This document shows, piece after piece, positions 1-8,370 of a stretch of DNA of 64,000 bases; position 1 is the stretch's first letter; every line of letters starts with the position of its first letter. Under the pieces are notes generated by a model. The model saw only the letters and a list, made by a program, of their open reading frames with translations. It had not been told where the DNA came from and ran no database searches. The translations under genes and the position numbers were made by a program. Source of the stretch: Syntrophorhabdaceae bacterium (GTDB lineage Bacteria; Desulfobacterota; Syntrophorhabdia; Syntrophorhabdales; Syntrophorhabdaceae); NCBI GenBank assembly GCA_963665295.1, contig OY762209.1, positions 1,472,001 through 1,536,000 of the forward strand, in the 5' to 3' direction.

Positions 1-2231
1 GAACAGTTGGCGCCGCAGTCTATGGAACCGTCCGAACTTACAATCTCCCCATCCCCGTTATTCTGTTTCGTCTTGCTCACGGTGAGCTTCACCGGGTTCT
101 GGAGGGCAAAGGTAGCGGCCACCGTCTTCGTCTTGTCCATGGTTACGTTACAGGTGTCGGCAGACGTGGAAGCGCACCCGGACCAGGATTTTAAGATGGA
201 GCCGGAGGAGGGGGCCGCGGTGAGCGTGACGGTTGTGCTCTGTGCAAACGGGGCGGAGCAGGCATGCCCGCAGTCGATGCCGTCGAGGTCGCTCAAGACC
301 GTTCCCGTGCCGTTACCGGTTTTGGACACGGCGAGGGCGAACGTCCTCGGCTCCACAATGGATTGACGAATGCCTCCACTTCCTCCCACCGCCACAAAGG
401 ATCCGGCGCCGTACCCGACGCCTGCGCCGAGAGACGCCGATTTTCTCAGAGTCCACCTCGTTCCGTCGGCGGAGCTAAGGGTTGTGTAGTTACCCACCGC
501 CACAAAGGTGTTGCCGCCGAAGGCGACACCGCTGTAATATCCTGATGCGGTATAAGTCCAGGTCACCCCGTCCGGAGAACTGAAGACGCCGGAAAAACCG
601 ACGGCTACGAATAAGCCGTTGCCGTACGTGATTGCAGAGGGCTGGAATAGTCCTGCAACGTTGCTCACTGTCCAGTTCAGCCCATCGGGAGAAGTGAAAG
701 TTTGACCGGCTCCTATAACCACGAACATGTCATTGCCATAGGCGACCCCCAAGAGCATCGTTGTTGCCCTGGAGTTTCCGACAGTCCATTGTATCCCGTC
801 AGGAGAGGTAATCAGCGTGCCCTGGGGGCTCACTGCCACAAACCTGTTTTTGCCCCACGCAACCCCCCGTAGCGAACCCGATAACCCTGACGTTCTTCTT
901 GTCCACCTTGTCTTGTCAGTGGATGTAAAGATTAAGGCATGTTCGTCACTTTCCGACACGCATTCAGAACCCACGGCTACAAAAATGCCGGCGCCGAAAG
1001 CGATGTCCTGGAAGGAAAAATGTCGTCCCAAATCCTTCGTGGTCCAGGTTACCCAATCTGTAGAAGTGACAATTGCTCCCTCTTCGCCTACGGCCACGAA
1101 CATATCGTTGCCGTAGGCGACTCGGGAAAGGTTCTTGCGTGTCCCCGAGGTCCTTCGACGCCACTGTTTTCCATTGGAAGAGGTCAGGATACCGCCACTG
1201 TCGGCCCATATCTCTCCCACCGCTACGAACGTGCCGTTCCCGTAACCTGTGCCGTAGACGTTGCCAAGCATGCTTCCAACGTTGTCCGAAACGTCCGTCC
1301 ATTCTACCCCGTCAGGGGAGGAGGAGGCAATATAGTTCCCAACGGCCACAAAAGTGCCGTTGCCGTAAGTGACCGCATAAAAAGGGTTATGATTATTCGA
1401 ATATGTGAGGGTCCAATCGGAGCCGTCGGGCGAGGCAAAAACAAGACGATTTGTAACGACCAGAAAAATACCGTTGCCGTAGACCACCCCCGCGGCGCAA
1501 TACCCATCGGGGCAATTAACGGTTCCTAAGTCTTCCTGGGTCCATGTCAGACCATCCGAGGAAGTGAAAACCTTGCAGGAGCCGGCATTCGTTCCCGCCG
1601 CAACAAAGGTGTTCCCGCCGTAAGCAATACTCGAAAGGTGGTACCACGGACGCTCCCTTGCCGTCCATGTTATCCCGTCGGGAGAGGTAGCGTACTTATT
1701 CGCAAAAGCTGTAAATCCCACTGCCACGAAGAGTCCGCTGCCGTAGGCAACCCCGGTAAGCCAATCGGATAGACCGGATTCCCTTGGCGTCCATGTCACC
1801 GCGTCCGGGGAAGTTACAATAGTGCCGTCCTCTCCCACCGCCACGAAAGCGCCGTTTCCGTAAGCGACGGCATGCAGGTCCGCAACCATCCCCGAAGTCC
1901 TCTGGGTCCAGGCCACTCCGTCCGGGGAGGTGAGGATGGCGCCGTCCTCTCCCACCGCCACGAAGGTGCTATTGCCATAAGCGACCGCCAAAAGCTTGCC
2001 TCCTGTGGGTAAAGGATTTCTCCACACCCAATTATCGAGAGGATCGAGAGAGGCCGTGCCGTCATCATGGTCATACCGAATTTGGGTTTTTCCCGGCTCG
2101 GTGCTGCTATCGTCGGGTCGCTCGACACTCTTGCCGGCATAGTCCGCCGAATGAGCAACGATACCCGTTGTCATGGAAAACAGGAACAGGGCGAAAAAGA
2201 GTTGCAGGGAGACCTTCATACACGTCGACAT
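1..2231 (-). CDS. Secreted beta-propeller repeat protein (Asp-box/BNR-like blades) with C-terminal divergent InlB B-repeat-like domains; runs off the left edge
   Basis: Absent from the ORF track because it has no stop in the window. Hand translation from ATG 2231 (GGAGGG SD) gives MSTCMKVSLQLFFALFLFSMTTGIVAHSA (signal-like), more than 10 repeats like VAYGNGxFVAVGEDGxIxTSPDGxxWT, then LAVSKTGNGTGTVLSDLDGIDCGHACSAPF...TVTLTAAP...SWSGC. No in-frame stop was found in the part checked. Confidence 0.88.
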   Translation of the reverse strand, partial: MSTCMKVSLQLFFALFLFSMTTGIVAHSADYAGKSVERPDDSSTEPGKTQIRYDHDDGTASLDPLDNWVWRNPLPTGGKLLAVAYGNSTFVAVGEDGAILTSPDGVAWTQRTSGMVADLHAVAYGNGAFVAVGEDGTIVTSPDAVTWTPRESGLSDWLTGVAYGSGLFVAVGFTAFANKYATSPDGITWTARERPWYHLSSIAYGGNTFVAAGTNAGSCKVFTSSDGLTWTQEDLGTVNCPDGYCAAGVVYGNGIFLVVTNRLVFASPDGSDWTLTYSNNHNPFYAVTYGNGTFVAVGNYIASSSPDGVEWTDVSDNVGSMLGNVYGTGYGNGTFVAVGEIWADSGGILTSSNGKQWRRRTSGTRKNLSRVAYGNDMFVAVGEEGAIVTSTDWVTWTTKDLGRHFSFQDIAFGAGIFVAVGSECVSESDEHALIFTSTDKTRWTRRTSGLSGSLRGVAWGKNRFVAVSPQGTLITSPDGIQWTVGNSRATTMLLGVAYGNDMFVVIGAGQTFTSPDGLNWTVSNVAGLFQPSAITYGNGLFVAVGFSGVFSSPDGVTWTYTASGYYSGVAFGGNTFVAVGNYTTLSSADGTRWTLRKSASLGAGVGYGAGSFVAVGGSGGIRQSIVEPRTFALAVSKTGNGTGTVLSDLDGIDCGHACSAPFAQSTTVTLTAAPSSGSILKSWSGCASTSADTCNVTMDKTKTVAATFALQNPVKLTVSKTKQNNGDGEIVSSDGSIDCGANC

Positions 2232-2470
2232 GACCCCTCCTTCCATTTATTGTGATCTTCGATAGTCTGCATCCGACCGTAATCCGGGGTTGTGCTTCTC
2301 CTCCTCGTGACACGAGTCCCGAGTGGCTTGGGGCTTGTGACGTTGGCATGCAATATCCGACTAACATATCGAACCTCGTAAGTCAATATCTTTGGCCGGT
2401 TTCGCTCTATTTGCCCATGGCTTTGCTGCTGTGATATACCTATTGAAACAAGAAGAGGAGGCGGATATCA

Positions 2471-3229
2471 GTGGATTTTACATTCTATGGTGATTTGCTG
2501 GGCATCTCCGGCTATTACAGACTCAACCCTCATGTGGCAAAGGATAAATTGAACCTCTTTTACGACATTACCTTTGAAAGCCTGTCGGGATATTGCCGGC
2601 AAAACGATCATGCCACGGTCACCATGTTCAGCGACAGCCTGTTGTTCCATGGCGACGATATCTACGCTGCCCTGGAACAGTTGCATTCCGTCTATATAAG
2701 GCTGATCCACAAGGGACTGCTCTTGAGGGGCGCCATCGTAAAGGGAAAGCTTCAGTATGAACCCCGCCTCACCCTCGACAACTATGAAAAGAGGCTGCCC
2801 CAGGACGATACTCTCGCAAGGGTAATGGGCCTGGAAAGCACGACAAAGGGCGCGAGACTGTTGATCGAGAACCAACTCGCCGCCGAACTGCTTGATCAAT
2901 ACCCGGAATGGCTCACCCAGGAAGGTTACGTCATGAGTTTCAACAATACACACTATGCGAGCGTCCCGGACAGCAGCATACTGCGGAAGATATCACCAAC
3001 CCCGGGACAGGACACATATGAGTATCTGTATTTCTGGATTGACCGGGATCACAGGGCTTACCTGGGTTTGGACCGTGAAGTCAGGAGCAGGGATTTGGAG
3101 ATACTGAGGTCTATGACAAGCGAGTCCATCAGTGTTCACTATAAGGAAACAATAGAACTCCTGAAACGATGCAAAATCCGTCAAAAAGTCACTGAGGAAC
3201 GGTTGAACTGCAAATCCTCGCTCCAGTAA
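2471..3229 (+). CDS. Hypothetical protein with class III nucleotidyl-cyclase-like motifs
   Basis: GTG start with GAGGAGG SD; motifs FYGDLLG, MFSDSLL, LLRGAIVKG, LARVMGLESTTKGARLLI. Confidence 0.6.
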   Translation: MDFTFYGDLLGISGYYRLNPHVAKDKLNLFYDITFESLSGYCRQNDHATVTMFSDSLLFHGDDIYAALEQLHSVYIRLIHKGLLLRGAIVKGKLQYEPRLTLDNYEKRLPQDDTLARVMGLESTTKGARLLIENQLAAELLDQYPEWLTQEGYVMSFNNTHYASVPDSSILRKISPTPGQDTYEYLYFWIDRDHRAYLGLDREVRSRDLEILRSMTSESISVHYKETIELLKRCKIRQKVTEERLNCKSSLQ

Positions 3230-3308
3230 TAACAAAGGACCCTCCTGCTTCCCCGCGGCGCCCGTCCTTTTGCGGGGACAGGCCGCCGTGAAAAAGCCGG
3301 CAGGCCCT

Positions 3309-4121
3309 TTACGGGTTCACCGGCACCCAGGCTTTGTGACCGGGCACCCATATTCCCCTTACCCATTGGCCGGGCACCTGCACCCATTCGCCGGGAGGTG
3401 CCTCCTGACCGGGGTCGGGCACGGAACTGTCCGAAACGGCCGGACTGTCGGAGACAGCGGGACCCGTTGTCGCGGACGGGTCAGGGTAAGCGAGGGGAGG
3501 AGAGGCCCCTGAGTCGACGAGAGAATCTCCCGGGGTGACGACCGCCGCCGCCCCCCAGTCACCGTAATAGCCATAGGGCACGGTATAGGGGTAATACGCG
3601 GGCCCCCACCAGTAGGCGCTCGACCAGAATGGATAATAAGGCCACCAGGAGTAGTAGGGCCACCAGGGATAAGAACGCCAGAACGGGCGGTACGGCCTCC
3701 AGTATGATCCATATCCGCGCCAGTACGGCCTGTATCCTGAGTAATACGGCCGATAGCCCTGATTGTACGGCCGATAGCCTGAGTAACCCGGCCGGTAGCC
3801 GGGCCGATAGGAGTTGTACCCGGGATTGTGAGGCCGGTACCCCGAATAGCCGGGGCGATAACCTGAATAGCCGGGGCGAAAGCTTCCGGACCCGCCATGC
3901 ATGCCGCCATAGCCCGAATAGCCTCCGTGGTAGCCTCCGGTATGACCGCCGTGGTAACCGCCTCCACCGCTGTAACCGCCGCCGCCCCTTGACCCACCGC
4001 CGTGACCGCCTCCTCCGCCATGACCTCCCCCTCCTCCGCCGCCACGGGCGTAGCTCGCGGAAGGCAGGATGAGGAATGCCGAGAGGGCGATGACCATACC
4101 GATAAACATATACTTCTTCAT
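3309..4121 (-). CDS. Secreted Gly/Tyr/Arg/Pro-rich low-complexity repeat protein
   Basis: Signal peptide ending ASYA, Gly/His tract, RPGYSGY-type heptads, C-terminal GEWVQVPGQWVRGIWVPGH (WxxGxW-like). Confidence 0.8.
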   Translation of the reverse strand: MKKYMFIGMVIALSAFLILPSASYARGGGGGGGHGGGGGHGGGSRGGGGYSGGGGYHGGHTGGYHGGYSGYGGMHGGSGSFRPGYSGYRPGYSGYRPHNPGYNSYRPGYRPGYSGYRPYNQGYRPYYSGYRPYWRGYGSYWRPYRPFWRSYPWWPYYSWWPYYPFWSSAYWWGPAYYPYTVPYGYYGDWGAAAVVTPGDSLVDSGASPPLAYPDPSATTGPAVSDSPAVSDSSVPDPGQEAPPGEWVQVPGQWVRGIWVPGHKAWVPVNP

Positions 4122-4167
4122 ATCAATGTCCTTGAAGGATAGTTATTATTCCCCTTCACCGTCTTCT

Positions 4168-4197
4168 ATTCTAGCAAAATCCGTGCCTTCCGGTCAA
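4168..4197 (-). promoter_or_regulatory. Candidate promoter of the Gly/Tyr-rich gene
   Basis: Minus strand TTGACC-18-TAGAAT with extended TG; the spacer also contains AGGCACGGATTTTGCT (GG-N10-GC, sigma54-like). Confidence 0.4.
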
Positions 4198-4370
4198 ATA
4201 TCGCAAGTTTGCGGAATATGGGAAAATTAGCCGCCACGACAGGGACCGGGAGGGGAGTTCCAGGCAATGAATGTCGAAACAGGGAGTTTCCTACGACAAA
4301 ATTGTCATGTCGCCTTCACGGGACTCGAAGGATGGCGGCGAGACGACCGGAATCTTCGGGGAGCGTGAAT

Positions 4371-4925
4371 CTAGTTTTGACCCGGGATGGCCTCTTCCAC
4401 CCTTCTTACGAACTCATCGAGGGAAGAATTGAGCAATGCCTGCCAGCGGGTCGCGGGGAGACCCGCGAACCCGACGGTCCGGTAAGACTGGATATGGTGA
4501 CGGACAGGGCCTACTTCCGCGTAACCCACGGTGGTGAGCATTTCATCGGACCCGACAAACCCGTATTTCGCGACCCTCAAATCCGTAATTACCACATTGA
4601 GGGTGTTCCTCGCCACATATGTGCGTATTACCGTATTCCGGCATAACCTGGACCTCAGTACCTCGCTCACAGGGGGGGATATGTTGTAGTTGGTGTCGCT
4701 CCCCGTGATGAGGCCCGGGTCGGCCCTCTGGTCGGTGACCGTTACGGGGCAATCGACGGGCACCGGCGCATAATAGGGACTCATGTCCACATTGACGCTG
4801 GTGCAGCCGAAAAAGAGGAGGACCAGCGAAGCCGCCGCGAGATTCCTGAGAGGGGCGTACCTTTTCGGGACAACCGTTTCCGGTGTGTCGCTGCTGGAAT
4901 GGCGGGAATATGGCATAATATACAA
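4371..4925 (-). CDS. Hypothetical lipoprotein
   Basis: Hydrophobic stretch with lipobox-like LLFFGC; start codon uncertain. Confidence 0.65.
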   Translation of the reverse strand: MYIMPYSRHSSSDTPETVVPKRYAPLRNLAAASLVLLFFGCTSVNVDMSPYYAPVPVDCPVTVTDQRADPGLITGSDTNYNISPPVSEVLRSRLCRNTVIRTYVARNTLNVVITDLRVAKYGFVGSDEMLTTVGYAEVGPVRHHIQSYRTVGFAGLPATRWQALLNSSLDEFVRRVEEAIPGQN

Positions 4926-5052
4926 ACCTTTTTATCACAATGCAGCTGTCGAGGGCAAGAGTTTCTTCGCGGAAACCGCATGTCTCCCGGCACGGGCCGG
5001 CGACCCCCGCGTGTCCCCCGGGGGTCGGATTCGCAGGAAGAGGAAAAATAGG

Positions 5053-5080
5053 TTGACAATTTTTATCCTTCAGTTATTAT
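5053..5080 (+). promoter_or_regulatory. Sigma70-type promoter upstream of the PIG-L gene
   Basis: TTGACA-16-TATTAT in an AT-rich patch. Confidence 0.5.
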
Positions 5081-5232
5081 TTTCTCCGGGATACGGGTTG
5101 AGACCCTTAATTTTCCGCCCCTTTTGACCGATAATAGAAGGGGGAATCAGTTTCTACAGCTTTCCCTTGCGTATGGCTTCGGGTACAATGCAGGGAAATA
5201 GCGTCTTCTTCAGATCCGAAGGGAGGGTCGTC

Positions 5233-8200
5233 ATGAGAAAAAAGATAGTCTTGAGCCTCGCCTGTTATATGTTCGCCATTCTTCTTGCCTGTGCCTCTTT
5301 TGCAGGCGCCACCATCCTCGTGGTCTCGCCCCACCCGGATGACGACCTGCTTGCCGCCTCGGGTGTGACCCGCCAGGCAGTGGAAAAGGGGGAGCGGGTA
5401 ATCGTGGTTTACGTGACCAACGGCGACATAAATGGTGCTCAGACCGGCTACCAGAGGCAGGCGGAAGCGGTGCAGGGGCAGGCATTCCTGTCGAACGCTG
5501 AGGACAACCTCATTTTTCTCGGGTATCCGGACGCGTATCTTGCGACCCTGTATTCGAACTATCCGGGAAAGAAAGACCAGTTCAAGACACCCCTCGGACA
5601 GTCGGTCACTTACGGCAGCCGGGGTTTGGGCCGTTCGGACTATCACTTTTACAAGTTCGGTTCCCGGGCCGCTTACAACCTGTACAACATGGTCATGGAC
5701 CTGACCCGGATCATCACGGATTACACACCCGACCACATAATCGCACCGAGCCAATTCGATCAGCATGCGGACCATTCCACCACCGCCGCGTTGGTGGGGC
5801 TCGCGGTGACGGCCGCACGGGGGAAGTTGAAGTCTTACTCCCCCACGGTGCACAAGTATGGGATTCACTGGGACAACTGGCCGGAGCCGATGGACCCCGC
5901 GCGCTACTTTACCGAACCCCCGGGACTTGTGAATACCCCGCTCCTCTGGAGCGCGAGGGAGAGTATCGATGTTCCTTCCGCCATGCAGTCCCTCAACCCC
6001 CAGGAAAACTCCAAGTACGTCGCAATCTCCGCCCATGCGACCCAGGGCGGGGCTTCGGGGTGGCTCGGCCGCTTCGTGCACAAGGATGAGGTCTTCTGGA
6101 TCGACACCACCCTGGGAGGCACGAATCATGCGCCCGTAGTGAATGCGGGCCCGGACCAGACAGTGAAACAGGGGGTCCAGGTCACCCTTGACGGCTCGGG
6201 AAGCAAGGACCCCGAAGGTAATACGGTCAAATTTATGTGGACTCAGATTGCGGGCGCCACGGTGAACCTATCGGACCCGACTGCGGCAAAACCCGTATTT
6301 TCCACCCCTACCGGCCTTGTGGCGGGCGATCGGCTGGTCTTCCAATTGGTCGCGAGCGACGGTCAGGCCCAGAGCCTCCGTGATCTCGTGACCGTGGTGG
6401 TGCAGCCCCCCGCGTGTAACAATATCGCCCCCAAAGCCACGGTCATGGCGTCATCGGAAACCCCGGGGACCGGCCAGACCGCGGTGAAAGCCGTGGACGG
6501 CGTGATAGACGGGTATCCCGGAGACTATACCCGGGAGTGGGCTACGGCAGGCCAGCGGAGCGGCGCATGGATCAACCTTACATGGGACGGCCCGTACACG
6601 GTGAACCGGGTAATCCTTTATGACAGGCCGGGTTTGAACGACCAGATTATCGCAGGGACCCTTACCTTCAGCGACGGCACCACCCTCGCGGTGGGGCCTC
6701 TCAACAACGCGGGGTCGGCAACGGATTACATATTCTCCGCAAAGACGATTACGAGTCTCACCCTCACCGTCAATCAGGTGGGAGGCTACACTCTCAACAC
6801 GGGTCTCGCGGAGATAGAGGTATGCGGCCTTGCCCCCGTCATATCAGGGGGGACGGCGTCCAACCGCGCCCCTCAGACGAATGCGGGGTCGGACCAGACA
6901 GTGAGCCAGGGCGCCATAGTCACCCTCGACGGTTCGGGGAGCAAGGACCCCGACGGCAACCCCATCACCTTCGCATGGAAGCAGATCTCGGGCACCACAG
7001 TGCAGCTGTCGAACCCCGCAGCGGTGAACCCCACGTTTACCGCCCCCGCCGGTTCCTCCCTGGACGAGAAACTGGTCTTCGAACTCGTGGCGGACGACGG
7101 GCAGCTCAGGAGCGCCGTGGATTCGGTAACGGTCACTGTGCAGCCTCCGGCAGCGGAATGTTCGAACATCGCAGGCCTTGCAAAGATAATCGCCTCCTCC
7201 GAGTCCCCCGAAGCAGGCCAGGTAGCGCCCAAGGTGGCGGACGGGGTGGTTGACGGGTGGCCCGGAGACTATACCCGCGAGTGGGCCAGTTACGGCCAGG
7301 GGAACGGCGCATGGCTCAACCTGACGTGGAGCGGTGTGTACGCGGTGAACCGGGTGATCCTCTATGACAGGCCGAACCTCGACGACCAGATCCTGGCGGG
7401 CACCATGAGTTTCAGCGACGGCACCAGCGTGGCCGTGGGCCCCCTCAACAACGCAGGGTCTGCCGTGGAATACCGCTTTTCCGATAAATACATTACGAGC
7501 CTTACCCTTGCGGTGAGTCAGGTGAGCGCCGCTACGTTAAACATAGGCCTTGCGGAGATAGAGGTCTGCGGGGTTCAGAATACAGGCGTCGATTATCCTC
7601 CCACGGCGAATGCGGGCTCGGACCAGTCAGTGAAACAGGGGACCCTCGTCACCCTCGACGCCTCGGGGAGCAGGGATCCTGAAGGCAAAGCCCTTTCCTA
7701 CGCCTGGACCCAGACCGGGGGCGCCGCGGTCCAATTGTCGAACCCTACCGCAATGAACCCCACTTTTACCGCTCCTTCGGACCTTCCCCAGGGCGACCGC
7801 CTCACCTTTCAACTGGTGGTGAACGACGGACAACTTCAGAGCGCCGCAGATTCGGCGACGGTGACCGTGGAGGCGACACCGACATGCTCGAACATCACCC
7901 CCCTTGCCATGGTGATGGCCTCCTCGGAAACGCCCGAGTACGGCCAGACCGCGGTCAAAGCGATCGACCTCGTCGTGGACGGCAGCCCGTACGATTATAC
8001 CCGCGAGTGGGTTACGGCGGGACAGGGCGCGGGCGCATGGATCTTCCTGATGTGGAACAAACCCTATAAGGTGAGCCGGGTGACCCTCTATGACAGGCTC
8101 AACACGAACGACCAGATCCTTGGAGGGGTGATAAACTTCAGCGACGGCACGAGCATCCAGGTCGGCCCCCTGAACAACAACGGGGAAGCGACGGAGTACG

Positions 8201-8307
8201 CCTTTCCCGAAAAAAGCATTACCAACATGGCCCTCATCGTAACCCAGGTGAGCGCCACCACCTATAACACGGGGCTCGCCGAAATAGGGGTGTGCGGCAC
8301 ACCCTGA
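5233..8307 (+). CDS. Secreted PIG-L/LmbE family deacetylase with three tandem [PKD/K319L-like Ig + discoidin/CBM-like] modules
   Basis: ATG 5233 after GGGAGG; signal peptide; SPHPDDD and DQHADH metal motifs; three copies of NAGxDQTV...LDGSGSKDP...CxNIA...ASSE...DGxPGDYTREW...EIEVCG. Confidence 0.88.
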   Translation: MRKKIVLSLACYMFAILLACASFAGATILVVSPHPDDDLLAASGVTRQAVEKGERVIVVYVTNGDINGAQTGYQRQAEAVQGQAFLSNAEDNLIFLGYPDAYLATLYSNYPGKKDQFKTPLGQSVTYGSRGLGRSDYHFYKFGSRAAYNLYNMVMDLTRIITDYTPDHIIAPSQFDQHADHSTTAALVGLAVTAARGKLKSYSPTVHKYGIHWDNWPEPMDPARYFTEPPGLVNTPLLWSARESIDVPSAMQSLNPQENSKYVAISAHATQGGASGWLGRFVHKDEVFWIDTTLGGTNHAPVVNAGPDQTVKQGVQVTLDGSGSKDPEGNTVKFMWTQIAGATVNLSDPTAAKPVFSTPTGLVAGDRLVFQLVASDGQAQSLRDLVTVVVQPPACNNIAPKATVMASSETPGTGQTAVKAVDGVIDGYPGDYTREWATAGQRSGAWINLTWDGPYTVNRVILYDRPGLNDQIIAGTLTFSDGTTLAVGPLNNAGSATDYIFSAKTITSLTLTVNQVGGYTLNTGLAEIEVCGLAPVISGGTASNRAPQTNAGSDQTVSQGAIVTLDGSGSKDPDGNPITFAWKQISGTTVQLSNPAAVNPTFTAPAGSSLDEKLVFELVADDGQLRSAVDSVTVTVQPPAAECSNIAGLAKIIASSESPEAGQVAPKVADGVVDGWPGDYTREWASYGQGNGAWLNLTWSGVYAVNRVILYDRPNLDDQILAGTMSFSDGTSVAVGPLNNAGSAVEYRFSDKYITSLTLAVSQVSAATLNIGLAEIEVCGVQNTGVDYPPTANAGSDQSVKQGTLVTLDASGSRDPEGKALSYAWTQTGGAAVQLSNPTAMNPTFTAPSDLPQGDRLTFQLVVNDGQLQSAADSATVTVEATPTCSNITPLAMVMASSETPEYGQTAVKAIDLVVDGSPYDYTREWVTAGQGAGAWIFLMWNKPYKVSRVTLYDRLNTNDQILGGVINFSDGTSIQVGPLNNNGEATEYAFPEKSITNMALIVTQVSATTYNTGLAEIGVCGTP
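6124..8304 (+). repeat. Three intragenic repeats of about 710 bp (approx. 6124-6828, 6862-7572, 7591-8304)
   Basis: Direct similarity at both protein and DNA level between the modules. Confidence 0.9.
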
Positions 8308-8324
8308 TCGCGAATATCTTTCCC

Positions 8325-8350
8325 ACGCCCCGGGGAACGTCCCGGGGCGT
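8325..8350. terminator. GC-rich hairpin between convergent genes
   Basis: ACGCCCCGGG-GAACGT-CCCGGGGCGT, a 10-bp stem; weak U tract. Confidence 0.55.
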
Positions 8351-8370
8351 CTCCATATCATCGCCGTCAT

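Noticed and set aside
2380..2425. c-di-GMP-I-like GGCAAA...GAAA on the minus strand upstream of the propeller gene
   Set aside because: Sequences flanking GAAA are not complementary and the second hairpin is missing.
5160..5200. Hairpin TTTCCCTTGC...CTTCGG...GCAGGGAAA in the PIG-L leader as a riboswitch
   Set aside because: A single stem with no match to a riboswitch class I recognise.
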